From Folioceros fuciformis (lineage: Eukaryota), in NCBI GenBank assembly GCA_049999805.1, contig JBNGIO010006191.1, forward strand, positions 234,578 through 298,577: a stretch of DNA of 64,000 bases, written 5' to 3'. This document shows positions 1 through 12,619 of this stretch, piece by piece (within the stretch, counting starts at the first letter, position 1; the number at the start of each line of letters is the position of its first letter). A program made the translations under genes and the position numbers. The notes under the pieces are model-generated. The model was not told where the DNA came from, searched no databases, and saw only the letters and a list, made by a program, of their open reading frames with translations.

Positions 1-374
1 CTACTCCCGACTCCCAACCCCCGACTCCCGTGCCTTCTGCTTCTGGAATCTGGGCCGACACCTCTCTCCAAGTTTAGCTTTCATTCTTAACGTCGAGAGT
101 TAATATTTTGTTAGCTCGTAGTTGACGAAAAGTTAATGACTAGTCTTATGAAAAGGTATCACAAACGTTTTTTTCTCGGGGTCGCATGATGCCCATTCAT
201 TGAAGTGCCTACGATGACCATGGCTACTCCTCATGTCGCATCCGCATGTACCTAGTTGATTTGCGGGCAAACCAGTGGAGCATGATGAATCAATCGGGAG
301 AAGGATAAGGAGCAAGAGTCAGGATGCATCTCTGAAGAATGCCAGAATGTGGGAAAAGGCTTTGAGGGGCATGA

Positions 375-1838
375 TCATGACAGGGGAGGGGTGGAGGAGG
401 AGATGAGCTCTTGATACCCGTAGCGAGTTGGTTGTCGAAACATGTCAGGGGAAGGGGATTGCCTCCCTCTCCTTGTGTGGTGCCTGTTGTATGCGCCCCA
501 GGCAACAAATCCCAACAAGGACAGCAACGCCAGGCACATGGAGCCGAACACGCCCACGATCAGCCTGCCGTGCTTCGTGCCACTGCTTTGTGTGCCTGCC
601 TCTGCATCTACGTCTTGATTTATTATGGATGATTCTTTGGCTCTCTTTTCCTGGCTGGCGTCCCCGGGTACCAGCACTCCAGGATGCTCCTGACCGGGGT
701 CAGGCCAGCTCTGGACGTCTTCGTTCTTGTTAGGGCTGGAATTGTCTTTGTCCTGCTGCGAGGCAGGGGGTGATGGGTGTTTGTAGGTAGGCTTGTCTTG
801 GTGGAAGGGCGTGATTCTGGCTGGATCATGCTCGTCCAGATCCTCGTCCGGTTCTTCCATGCCTTGGTGCTGGTCCGTCGCGTCCCGGCTGCTCTTATCG
901 TGGCCATCGAAGTCGCAGAGCTTGAAGGGATAGCCGTCCTCTCCTCTCCCGCTCCCGAAGCACCACGAGTGGATGAGATGCTTCAGGGGGTTGTCCCCTG
1001 CCGAGGAGCTGAAGCCCACGAACATGTTGTGGTTCACCAGGCTCCGTAGATCCAAATCCAAGGAAATCAGAGGCACTGCTGGTCGGGGGCTCCTATCCTT
1101 CCCCAGCCGCACCTCCAGCAGCTTCCGGAACGCATCGTAGTCGATCCAGGCCACCAGCCTTCGACCGCTCGCGAGCCTGACGCCCGCATCGGAAGCATTT
1201 GCCGTGGCCACAGACACCAGGCTCTCGATGTCCACGCCCACGTGGTTGTCGTTGGGGTCCATGAACTCGGGATTCCAAAAGCAATCCAATTCCACGGCGA
1301 AAACCTGCGGAACCGATCTCCGATGCACCCACCCCGCTGCCGCTTCCTGCATCTCGTCCAGAGATATCATCCCCAGAGAGCCCCAGTCCAGAGACACGTT
1401 GTCCGGAACCAGGACGAAGGCGAACCCATCTCCGGGTGCACCCACGCTCTCCCTCTCCCTCTCCCGCCCCCTCCTCAGCCGTTCCCGCACCATGGAGAAG
1501 GAGAAGGCGGTGGAAAAAGAGGCGAAGGTGGTGCCGTACTCCTCCTCCGTCTGCAGCGGCACCGGCTTCTTCCACAGGAAACGGCCCACCGTCCGCTTCT
1601 GAGATCCGGAAAGCTGCACAGCTATGGAGGAATTGGGACTGCTGTGATCGGGAACCATCTGCGCATCTCCCAGGCTAATGAAGTCGTCCTCACCACCATC
1701 GCCTCGGAATGACCCAACAGAGAAGGCGAACTGGGCAGCAGCAGGCGCATCGGACGCCGCTGCCAGCCTGAGGAGTATGATTAGAAGCCAAGGAGGGAAA
1801 TGTGACCGCCATCTCCGGCAAGCTTCACAGGAACCCAT
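375..1838 (-). CDS. L-type (legume) lectin receptor-like protein, single TM, no kinase domain
   Basis: First in-frame ATG at 1838 gives a signal-like PWLLIILLRLAAAS. Legume-lectin motifs follow (ASFSTAFSF, PGDGFAFVLVP, FAVELD, DPNDNHVGVDI, VAWIDYD, MFVGFSSS, HLIHSWCF), then an acidic stalk, TM LIVGVFGSMCLALLSLLGFVAWGAY and a short tail. Intronless. Confidence 0.85.
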   Translation of the reverse strand: MGSCEACRRWRSHFPPWLLIILLRLAAASDAPAAAQFAFSVGSFRGDGGEDDFISLGDAQMVPDHSSPNSSIAVQLSGSQKRTVGRFLWKKPVPLQTEEEYGTTFASFSTAFSFSMVRERLRRGRERERESVGAPGDGFAFVLVPDNVSLDWGSLGMISLDEMQEAAAGWVHRRSVPQVFAVELDCFWNPEFMDPNDNHVGVDIESLVSVATANASDAGVRLASGRRLVAWIDYDAFRKLLEVRLGKDRSPRPAVPLISLDLDLRSLVNHNMFVGFSSSAGDNPLKHLIHSWCFGSGRGEDGYPFKLCDFDGHDKSSRDATDQHQGMEEPDEDLDEHDPARITPFHQDKPTYKHPSPPASQQDKDNSSPNKNEDVQSWPDPGQEHPGVLVPGDASQEKRAKESSIINQDVDAEAGTQSSGTKHGRLIVGVFGSMCLALLSLLGFVAWGAYNRHHTRRGRQSPSPDMFRQPTRYGYQELISSSTPPLS

Positions 1839-2253
1839 CACGGAAGCAGCAGGAGAGGGAAGGGAGAGCCAGCAGTAAGGGATGGAGCTGGTGCTGGTAA
1901 GAGAGGGTCTCAGCGTGGCCAGAGTGGCGCGCGCAATACGCAGAGAATCCACCTGGCGTACCCGCAAAGCGCAACGAAACGGGCGCTGAAACCCGTGATG
2001 GGTCCCAGAGGCAGGATATGCCACCGTGGGTAGCTGTCGCTCTGCTCGTCCCCTCTCCGTCCCCCGACTCTCTGCCGCAATCTTTCACTTACACTATTTC
2101 CAGGTCCACACGTGCTACAGTTGCTGTGGTGGGGATCTTTCTTCTCATTATTGCCGGGTTTTCTGCTTTTCAAGGTGTCTGAGGTCGCTCTCTGGTAGCT
2201 AGAGGCGCTGCAGTTTTTGGAGGAATCTAAGGGAGGGGCAAGAGGGGCCCGTC

Positions 2254-4850
2254 ATGGTGACTTTCATGCTGGACACCGCACATCCCATATGGCCCTTGAG
2301 CGAAGAGGACACCATGAATTTTGGGTCGGGATGGTGGTGGGCTTACCTGGCCATTTCGGCAGGCCTCGTGATGTTTGCGGGGATTATGTCTGGGCTTACT
2401 CTGGGGCTCATGTCGCTCTCGCTCATGGATCTGGATGTCCTTCAGCAGAGTGGGACAGAGAAGGAAAGGAAGCAGGCAGGTGGGTGTCGAGGCGGCCGGA
2501 AGAGTGTGAATTGCCAGGCTGCAGAATTGCACAGTTGGAGCGATTGTTGGGCGTGGGCCTCTCTGTGCTGTGGTTAACCACACTTTTGTGTTCCTTCAGC
2601 TGTAATTAAACCGCTTGTGTCGAAGCAGCACCAATTGCTGGTTACGTTACTCCTCTGCAATGCTGGTGCAATGGAGGTATGAATGCGTCGTGCTCTACAG
2701 TTTGAGCTTTAGCTTGCTATTGGCTGGCTGGGCGGGGTCCTCACTTTCTGTCTTTCTCCTCTGCAGGCTCTTCCTATTTTTCTCGACAAAATGTTCCATC
2801 CAGTTTTGGCAGTGGTGCTGTCAGTCACGTTTGTGCTCTTCTTTGGAGAGGTGACTTTTCTGTCCATTTCTTGTCGGCGGCACAAGCATGATACTGAAAG
2901 TGATTTTTGTTTTGCTTATCTTGGTTCTGCATTCTCCCTTGCCTGCAGATCATCCCTCAAGCAGTATGTACACGTTTTGGGCTCTCAGTGGGTGCAAACA
3001 TGGCGTGGCTTGTGCAAGTCCTCATGGTCGTCTGTTTCGTAGTCGCTTATCCGATTGGGAAGGTAGTGTGCACTAACAGTTGGTAGTTAGTTTCTGAGAT
3101 TTCGACTGAAAGCTCTACGCCTGTAGAGACGAGATGTGTGAAGAACTTGATGGTGCTGCACAGGTTTTGGATGCTCTTCTGGGGCATCATGAAGTTTTAT
3201 TTAGACGAGCGCAGCTGAAGGCTTTGGTATCGATTCACGGGGAAGAAGTAAGTTCCATGTATGAAGTTCTCCTGGATTCTTGCGTACATTCTGCTTAGCT
3301 AGGTTGGGTCTTTTCAAATGGATAGCGTCGGAATCCCTTAGGTGTAAACTTTCTTCTTTCGCTTGTCGTTAAACCATGTGTGGTTGAACAGGCAGGGAAA
3401 GGTGGGGAGCTCTCCCGTGATGAAACTATGATTATAAGGGGAGCGCTGGATCTCAGTCAGAAGACTGCTGAACAGGCGATGACGCCAATAGAGTCGACAT
3501 TCTCCTTGGATGTAAATACTAAATTAGATTGGTGAGCTCCTACACATCCATGCATCGTTTGGCGACCTGTGGAATTCCCCTTTTCTTAGAGTGCAACTCC
3601 TGCGTTTGGTCAGGGAAGCAATAGGCAAAATCATCACTCGGGGTCACAGCCGTATTCCAGTCTACAAAGGAAATATGCAGAATATTATTGGCATCTTACT
3701 GGTAAGCTGATGTTCCCCACTTGCAGATTGTGAGGAGTTTGTTTCGCATGAGGACTACGAATTGACGAGAGGAATCATTCTGCTTGTGATGCTATTAGGT
3801 GAAAAGCCTCCTGACTGTTCGAGCCGAGCAAGAAACTCGAGTCAGTGCCGTCGCCATTAGGAGAATACCACGGTATGCCGGTGCCTCAGCCTGTTTTCGG
3901 TCATCTGTTCACCACTCTTCCGATCTGTTTTTCACCCTTCCTCTGCATGTGCTGTGTTTACCAGCGTACCGGCCGACATGCCTTTGTACGACATTCTGAA
4001 CGAGTTCCAGAAGGGCAGTAGTCATATGGCAGCTGTCGTCAAAGCCACAACCAGTGACTCTAAGAGAAATATTAGCCAACGGCATGCTAGTGAGACAGAG
4101 GCATCCAAACCCGCTCAAACGTTAGTCACATTTGATCTTGAGAAAGGAGAGAACTACAATTGTACAGCTGAAGAAGACGAAACTCCAAGTACGGGGCAAA
4201 CAGGGTTTGTGAACGGCAGTCCGACTGAAAGTTCTGGCCTTGTTCCTGAGGACGTGGATGAGATCGAGGTGATCGGCATTATCACTCTAGAAGACGTCAT
4301 CGAGGAGCTTCTGCAGGTATGTTTTTGCAGTAGGTTGTCCTGTTGATCGCTGCTTGCAGAGATCACATCTAACGCTCTCCCTGCAGGAAGAAATTGTGGA
4401 TGAGACTGATGAGTATGTGGATGTCCACAAAAGGTATTCTACCAAATCCTAGAAGTGATGCAAATCATGCCTGGCCTTAACCTCTACTGTGGACGTCTCA
4501 TGTCGTTGCTCATTTTTTTCTCTTCTTCATCTGGTTTCGTAGAATTCGGGTTGCGGCTGCAGCAGCACACTTAGCTAGGAAACCCTCGGTCCGGCGGGGA
4601 AGCTCTTATCGTTCTTCTGTGAGTTGGCATCCGCTCATCTTCTTCGTTACCTTACAAAGCTCTGTTGAAAGCCTCGCCTAACGCTTCTCCTTGTCTCACC
4701 ATGATGCTAACAAGACTTGGGCTTGTGTAGGCTGGGAAACCTGAGAAAGCTGCTGCAGGTGATGATACCTCGTCTAGGGGTAAAGGGGTAACGTTTAGCA
4801 TGAAACGAGAACATAGCTTGTCAGAACCCTTGCTGGGATGTCCGGGCTGA
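2254..4850 (+). CDS. DUF21 + CBS domain (CNNM/CBSDUF-type Mg2+ transporter family) protein, multi-exon
   Basis: Exon peptides [113 protein letters not shown] introns; stop TGA at 4848-4850. Confidence 0.92.
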
Positions 4851-5525
4851 GTCTCTTCTCTTATTATGTGTACATATGGAGTACGTCTCTGCTTTGAGGC
4901 CTAAAACCTGAATACAGCTTGAAAGCGAAAGGCTCGAAGCCCCTCACTAGGGATTTCTGGGATTTTGATGGGTCCAATGTAATAAGTTAACACAATACAA
5001 TAAAATTATTAATTTATAGTATCAAAGCATGAGATTATGAAAACATTGAGCTTGGTCTTAGCTTAGAGTTCAATTTAGCTTAGAGCTTAAAAATGGACAC
5101 GCAAGCATATAACATAGCTTGAACCAAGCTCAAGCAGCTACAACAATGCAATCAAAAGAAGACAACGATTAAAAACAATCAAGCACTGACGAAGAGTTTA
5201 GAATTCGAAAAGCGTAGTTTGGCGTAACCGATTCCGGTGACTGATTTTGGCGAACTTTCCGGTGCCCTAGTGACCCGAGGAAGGGATGACTAATTATCAC
5301 CCTGTCAAAGAAACTCAGAAAGATCACCTATCACAACTAGTTGGTTGAGCGTCAAGACGCTAAGGAACCATGTGGCCTTGACAGCAATTGAGGTGTGTTT
5401 CAATCACCATTCGACGTCTGAAGGGTGAGATGACACCGGTGACAGCTTTGCTTCAGCGCGGCGTTTACGCTTGCAAGCAGGAGGGACGATGATGGCCGCT
5501 GGTTCAGAACTGAAAAGTATGGTCC

Positions 5526-6428
5526 TCAATAAAGTCCAAATTCACCAAACCTAAAGTCTATGAAGGACAATTCTGACCACAGCGAGCGGACAGGGTGCGA
5601 GAGTTTGTCCGAGCAACCTCGACAGCGCATCTCCATGGCGACCATGTGGTGCTGGTATACAATCCGGAAGCAGTAGCTGAGTATGTCATGCACCTTGCTG
5701 TAGTCGACAAAACCCGTCCCAATGCCTGTTATAAAGCTCCTCAGTAGCCGGGAGGGCTCGTCTCCAAGATGGCAGACATCAGTAGCGCGCCGAAGAAGGT
5801 GTTTCCAGCCAGAATGCCACCGCTCTGGCTGCTCGAGGTCACCAGACGCGATGAGATGGTTGAGAAAAACGTAGAACATGAGGCAGGTATGGGCGAGATT
5901 GAAGGAGCAGCTGTAGCGAACGTATTCGCTTCCACATTCCAGATCTTGCAGACCATTACGTGTGTGCGCTAGGAGCAACACAGCCTCCACGTTGTTCACG
6001 TTGAAGAGCGCCTTCACAACCACATCTCTGTATATGTCTGAACAGCGGTACCAGTAACACGGCCGTTTAGGGCGCCAGAAGTCGAGGGATTGGTACCCGG
6101 GCCACAGGATATCGGGATCGAAAGAGTCTCTGAGACATCCGTCGTCGTACAACGTTGTCCGCTTCAGTATACTGTCCAGGTCGTATTTTCTCCTTTCAGT
6201 GACCGCGAAGTCGGAGACGGTGGACTCGAATCGGTTAGTGAAGTGACGGAATTTCTTCGCCTGTCGCTTCCACTCTTCCTCCGTGTCGCAGTGCTTGAGC
6301 TGCAGGCCTGGTGCTGAAAGGCCGCGGACGTAGGCAACCTCAACGCAATCCCCAGGCAATCCCACGGAATGTTGTGCGATTGATGACACCTCGCCATGGT
6401 GGATTCCTAACACCTTGAGTCGTATCAA
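5526..6428 (-). CDS. Orphan 300-codon ORF in AT-rich island, no recognisable family
   Basis: Long stop-free frame, GC-richer than its flanks, with globular-looking composition. No ATG near the 5' end (track start is TTG), so probably an internal exon or a pseudogene. Confidence 0.4.
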   Translation of the reverse strand: MIRLKVLGIHHGEVSSIAQHSVGLPGDCVEVAYVRGLSAPGLQLKHCDTEEEWKRQAKKFRHFTNRFESTVSDFAVTERRKYDLDSILKRTTLYDDGCLRDSFDPDILWPGYQSLDFWRPKRPCYWYRCSDIYRDVVVKALFNVNNVEAVLLLAHTRNGLQDLECGSEYVRYSCSFNLAHTCLMFYVFLNHLIASGDLEQPERWHSGWKHLLRRATDVCHLGDEPSRLLRSFITGIGTGFVDYSKVHDILSYCFRIVYQHHMVAMEMRCRGCSDKLSHPVRSLWSELSFIDFRFGEFGLY

Positions 6429-7310
6429 AGCAAAGTTATAGTAACGCCCGCTTCAAGACGTGCTTGTTCCACACGCTTCAACGCATGCATCTTCCACACG
6501 CTTCAACACATGCGTGTTCCACAAGAGAGTATGAAGATTCAGCAACGCAGCTCTAATAACTTCTACGTTCTTTACTCTTCACTTCCACCTAATTTCACTC
6601 ACTAACCGTAACTTTTTCGCTTTTACCTTCCACCTATTTTCACTTGCAGTAACCTTCCCCTCCCCCTCGGGTGCCGTGTCAAAGTGCGTACCTCATTTTT
6701 TCGCCTTTGGCCCTAATGGTGTTGTTCCTCCAATTTTTCCATCTTTTTTTCAATCATAAAAAGTATGCATTATTACTTTTTGAAGCAACACTTCAATAAT
6801 TCGCTCCTCATTCACGTGAGAACCAAGGAAAAACTTATGGATAAATCATGATAGACACACTAGGGGCTAACCTTGAAGCTTAATGATTACCAATAGCACC
6901 TAAAATATCATGAAGTCTAATAACTACCAATAACACCTATAACATTATGGTTTCGAAAGAAAAAAAAGATCAACTGGGGTTGCTCACGCCACCTCTCCTA
7001 CCAACGTTGTCATTTTATATATGGCATTAGCCAACGCTCATGTTGTCGTTCTGGATATGGCATTAGTTGACGCTCACTATAGAACAATAGAAACCCTTAG
7101 TCGAAAAAACGCTACAATATATGAAAGAGAAAGATAAAGCCCATTTTTCCTATTGTGAACCGTCTTGGCGCAAGACTTCAAAAACTTGGAAATGCCTTGC
7201 ACATGGCGCCGTGGGTCTTAATGGCAAGGGGGATAAAGTTGTGTCTAGCCTATAAAAGGGGTGTACTTGTGAACCTTGGCCGATGCGCTCCCCTCCCCTC
7301 TGCTGCACAA

Positions 7311-7765
7311 GTTGAGAATACCCTGCTTGCATACCGCGATCCGTGTGGGATCAATTACAAGCACATTAGCAATAAAAACTTGTTTATCTCCCTACATGAA
7401 GAAAAGGTCGGTCCAAAGAGAAATGCCATTAAGTAGAGTGTATGGGCGCTCCTAAGTAAAGTGTTCACCGCCCAACCTGGAGAGTTGAGGATAACATGCT
7501 CGAGAGTTGAGGATACCATGTTTGCAGACCGCGATCCGTGTGGGAGCTCCTAAGTAAAGTGTTCACCGCCCGACCTGGAGAGTTGAGGATAACATGCTCG
7601 AGAGTTGAGGATACCATGTTTGCAGACCGCGATCCGTGTGGGATCAGTTACAATCACATCAGCAATAAAAACTTGTTGATCTCCCTGCATGAAGAAAAGG
7701 TTAGACCAAAGAGAAACGCCATTAAGTAGAGTGTACGGGCGCTCCTACGTAAAGTGTACGGGTGC
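7311..7765. repeat. Nested direct duplications (about 99-bp tandem pair plus about 150-bp dispersed pair)
   Basis: gctcctaagtaaagtgttcaccgccc...gcgatccgtgtggga occurs at ~7447-7545 and ~7546-7643. The gcaataaaaacttg...gccattaagtagagtgta block occurs at ~7311-7460 and ~7604-7760. Confidence 0.85.
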
Positions 7766-9920
7766 GCTCTTGAGGAAAGTGAGACGCTTATTTCAATTTT
7801 CTCAATAAGGTAGCCAAGGATTATCAATCTAACATATAGGATAACATTGAACTTCCAAGCTATGGTGGGGAGAGAGATCCTAAGATATTCAATACATAAA
7901 TAGATCGAATGGAGACGTATTTGGACACTTGGGATATATGGTGCACATAGAATACAATGTGCATCAATGCAATTGAAAGGAAGAGCTTTTCACAATATGG
8001 AGATATCGAGAAAGCACGATTGATCACTCTGAATGGGAACAAGTCACGTCGTGGAGAGAGTCCAAAATATACTAGCTAGAGAAGTGTCACTAGTTAGAGA
8101 AGTGCCACTGTCTTCCAAATTACGCAAAGCAAGCACGAAGTGAGTTGTCTACCTTGAAACATACTAGGTCCATGAAAAAATATAACAAAAAGTTTTGGGA
8201 GATTTTCATGAGATACCATTGCTCACCAAGGATGAGAAGGTCAAGAGATACATAAAAGGGTGGAAAAGAGAAGGTCAAGCAAATCTATCATATTCACGCC
8301 CACAATCCCTAGATAATGCAACGAGTCTAGCATTTTTGTCTTAGTGCACATATAACAAAAAAAAAAATTGCACTCAAAGCCATCTCACGAAATGAAATGC
8401 ATTTTCGGAAGAAGAGTGAAAAGAAGCAAGACAGTGCACCATTGTCAAGTCTTGGTACAAACCTTTCAACTTTGTCAAATTTCTTCCGAGATTTGTTACC
8501 CCCTGTAGATTTTTTTCATCTCATCATTAACAAGAAAATGCAATAATATGTGCAACGCATGGCCAACATGGCACATGATCTTGAAAGCAACCAACAATTC
8601 ATGAAATAAGATATAAGGTTGGCTTGCATTCGTGAAGATGTGAAGATTGATGGCGACTAATATCATCATTTTTGTTTGTGTGTTTTCTTTTCTTCGTTTT
8701 TTTACTTACACCGAGAATGCTATCAAGACGTTCAACAACTCATGAGTCTTTGCACTATTTATATATATATATATAACTCATCAAAAATTTATTTACATTG
8801 ACAAAGAATGCATTTAGGAAGTACATTTTAGAACTATTATATTCACTTAAGCCAAGAACAATTATCACTACTCTCTTTTAATGTATAATCGAATTCCCTT
8901 TTCTAGTACATTACTTTGTACTAAAGTTTTAACCTCAATTGTGCAATGCATATGGTAATTAAGTTCTTATTATTAGTATATATAGTAGGGTTCAATTCTA
9001 AAATTATCAGCATGTAGATATTTTAAGTTTATGGTTTAGGAGTACATATTTTTATTTTAAGGATTTAGGGTTTAGATAAGGAAAAAACAATTATCAATAG
9101 ATCATGTTGTGTATTAGCTACTAGGTCTAATCAGTTCTTCACCCTTTTTTTTTTTGCAAAACTTGTTCTTCTTGCTCCACTTTCAAGGATATAGAAGAAC
9201 TCCGAGCTTCTATTATTTTATGACTCCCATCATTCATTCTTCTTCCTAGCGCTTTCTTCTTGCTTTAGTTTCAAGAGAAAAGAAGCTCCGAGCTTGAATT
9301 ATTCTACAACTCCTATTATCTATGCGTCCTATTTTCTTTGCGACTCGTTGTTCATGCATCCTATTTTCTTTGCAACCCGTTGTTCATGCAGGAAGAAAAA
9401 CAAGAAGTTCTAAGCTTAAACTATTTGATGACTCCTCTATCCAACATTGTTTGTCACGCGCATATATTGTTGTGGTCTTTGTTTTTTTTTTTCGTTTTTG
9501 CTATTCTTTTTGAAGTAAGTTTTAAGCTGTACTATAAGTGTGAGCTGGATCGTTGTTATTGTAGTGCTAGATGTATTGGTTTGGTATTGCTACTCATTTA
9601 CTTCCTTAACCATTGCTTAGATTATTTTCTAACTCCTATCCAAGATTGTTTGTTAATGGAATATATTGATATGCTTTCTTCTCTTCTCCCTTTTTCGTCT
9701 TTACCATATTTTTTATCATTTTACGTAAGAGCATAGGTTTGAGATGTATAGTTGTTATTGTAGTATTCTATGTATTGGTGTGCTATTGTTACTTATTTAC
9801 TAGCATGTCCCTTATTATATTCTTGTTACTTATCATCATCCTTCTCAAGATGTTAAATACAGATAAGGTGTGTAATAAGATATGGATTTTTGTGTAGGGT
9901 TAGACTTGCGAGATCACAAA

Positions 9921-10898
9921 ATGGCAAAGTGGAAGCACCTAATGAAAAGTATTGTACCGCATGGTAGGGTTAGCTTGAAACAATTATTAGCTTGTTGTTT
10001 TGCACCAAAAACAATTGTAGATTTTATGAAGAAGTTCAGTGAAGGAACTTGTTATTACTATTTAGAGATAGGAGATGGCGCAACCGCTTTGGTGTATAAG
10101 GCAACATATTTAAAGACGGATGAAACCGTAGCTATCAAAGTAGTATATTTGGATGAAGACACAGTCAACCAAGAAAAAGTTTGCAATAAAACAAAAATAA
10201 TGCAGCTCGTGCATCACCCAAATGTCTTAGGTTGTTATGCTTCCTTTGAAGTTGACAGAACAATTTGGTTCATTTTGCCTTTTATGGCAGCTGGATCTTG
10301 TAGCCTCATTTTGAAAGCACAAGGCTATAAAGGCTTTTCTGAACCAATCATCGCAACTATATTAAAAGATGTGTTGCAAGCACTAGAATACCTTCACTCA
10401 CAAGGCATTATACATCGAGATGTGAAATCAGGTAACATCTTGTTAAGTGGTAGAGGTGATGTGAAGCTTGCAGACTTTGGATCATCAGCAATCGTAACTC
10501 CTGGTGCAGTAGGCTTCTCAGAGTTTATTGGCTCTGTATGTTGGATGGCTCCTCAAATCATCCTACAACCTATTATACCTGCCTACGACTTCAAAGCTGA
10601 TTTATGGTCGTTTGGCATTACAGCCATAAGATTAGCACAAGGGAAGGTTCCTAGGGCAAACTTAGAACCAATGGATATTTTTCAAGGAACGATCATTAAC
10701 TCTCCTCCTCATCTAGAGAAATCCAACTTCTCTTTGGAGTTCCAAGACATGATTAAACGGTGTCTAGTAAAAGAGCCTAAGGAAAGGTGCACAACAAGCT
10801 CTTTGCTACGACACTCATTCTTTAAGAAAGCACAATCCCGTGATTATTTGGCCTTATACCTCTTTAAAAACCTTCCTCCTCTTAAGCAAAGGTTCTAA
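9921..10898 (+). CDS. Intronless divergent STE20/MAP4K (OSR1/SPAK/BLUS1-like) Ser/Thr kinase, kinase domain only
   Basis: IGDGATALVYKA, VAIK, HRDVKSGNILL, VKLADFG, GSVCWMAPQ, YDFKADLWSFGITA, LLRHSFFK. Frame is open from ATG 9882; ATG 9921 is the more likely start because tgtgtag near 9897 looks like a splice acceptor. Confidence 0.85.
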   Translation: MAKWKHLMKSIVPHGRVSLKQLLACCFAPKTIVDFMKKFSEGTCYYYLEIGDGATALVYKATYLKTDETVAIKVVYLDEDTVNQEKVCNKTKIMQLVHHPNVLGCYASFEVDRTIWFILPFMAAGSCSLILKAQGYKGFSEPIIATILKDVLQALEYLHSQGIIHRDVKSGNILLSGRGDVKLADFGSSAIVTPGAVGFSEFIGSVCWMAPQIILQPIIPAYDFKADLWSFGITAIRLAQGKVPRANLEPMDIFQGTIINSPPHLEKSNFSLEFQDMIKRCLVKEPKERCTTSSLLRHSFFKKAQSRDYLALYLFKNLPPLKQRF

Positions 10899-12619
10899 AG
10901 CTTAGACATGCCCAAAGCAACATAGTAAGAAAAGCTAGAAAATTTAGCTTGGGGATATAGTGGTAGGCAAAATTATGACAGCCTATGCAGGTGTTAGGTC
11001 ACCACAAAATTTTGTATTAAATTAAATTAAATTAAGTTAAATTAATATAAACTAAATTAAGTTAAAGTAAGTTTATAAAAGTAAAAAGGAGACTATATTA
11101 TATAAAAAAGGATACAAATAACTTGGTAAAGGACACTTAAATTGAGGGACTAGCCGTAGAACTATACCAAACACAACTTGCCGGCCAAGTTTGCAAATCA
11201 GGTTTCGATGGACTATCCTATCTTGTTCTATCCTCTTCTATGATATTCTATTCTGTCGTATGTACACCCACATTGTTACTTATCACTTATGTATGTTTTT
11301 GTTACTTATCACTTATGCATGTTTTTGTTACTTATCACTTATGTATGTCGCCGGCATAAACATATGTTGCATGGTTTGTTCTTTATACTAACGTAATATT
11401 GATGGATGCTTGGGAGGAGTCATACCATTCGAGGAACACTCCCCCACAAACACTCCCACACACCTAACACCTACAACCAAGCTTTTGCTCGTCTTCTCCT
11501 TGAATTGTTAACTTCTGCTTGCTCTCTACTTTTGTATTTCATAACAAAGCTTTCATCTACCTACTTTGTAGCTAAATATCTTTTGTCCTTTATTTTACTA
11601 TTTTTTTCTCTTATAATCTAATATCTTACTCCCTTTTTCAATTTTACTTTCTATTCTATTCATGACATTATCATTATGGAGAACAACCCGTCTCATCGAA
11701 TGTACGCAAGATAAAATTATAACATAACTGGTACTACAATTAGTTAATTGTTCAGACATTCAAGGGCATTAATGTCTTTCACTCTTGCACATGTAAAGAA
11801 CCTTGTTTTATGGAGAATTAAAAGGAAATATTGCATATAATGGTATATAATGGTAGGATTTAAGACAATATTATTACAAATTCATGGGCACTATTTTGTG
11901 CCACTTTCCAAAATGATGCAAACTTGTGGCTGTGTAATCAAGAGTACCCTAAATTTTATAAAACATAACCTTTCTCTAAACACATAATACACTAAAATTA
12001 TCGGAAATTAAAAGCTCCAAATGTATTCATCCTTGCTAATTCTCAACATTCACCTCATATGAAGTGCTTGCAAATAGCAACATGGACATCAAAGGAACCA
12101 TTATTTTCTATTCTTGAAAAAGAGATGGAAAGTGCCATCTACTCCAAAAATTGGAGGAACAATAAGAATAGGCCAAAGGCTAAAAGGGTACTAGCCCCTT
12201 TGAACATCATTCTAAAACAAAAACCTACGGCTCATAAAATATCATGATGTGGAATAACAAAAGACTTACGTACCACCGGTGCCAAAGAAGTCGCTTGACT
12301 TGTACTTGTTACTAGTTTCAAAACCATGTTGGCCAATGCTCTTTGCAAACTCATTGTCGAAAGATGTGGAACACAGAATTTCGGGCCAATTTTGGTACAA
12401 TTTGTACAAATGCGGCTAGTATAGGGAAGGTTGGTTCCTTCCTAGTTGGTTTTGGTTCTATTTTCTATTTTTATTTTTTTCAGCGGCTATATATGTGAGT
12501 GTGGTGTTCACGCATGGTAAGGAGAAGAATCTGTCCGAGGGATAGGAGTCTTATGGATTTGTCAGGGGGACGGGAGTGGTTTGGTACTGAACCAGCAGGT
12601 TTGGTAAGAGGTCCGGGCA

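Noticed and set aside
1839-2024. GTG-initiated 62-aa N-terminal extension of the lectin ORF
   Set aside because: Eukaryotic gene; the first ATG at 1838 directly precedes a plausible signal peptide.
4945-4960. cactag as a CACTA or Helitron terminus of the AT-rich island
   Set aside because: No matching inverted end with TSD, and no subterminal hairpin could be found.
9055-9080. Telomere-like tttaggg
   Set aside because: Only one to two units; consistent with chance or a telo-box, not an interstitial telomere.
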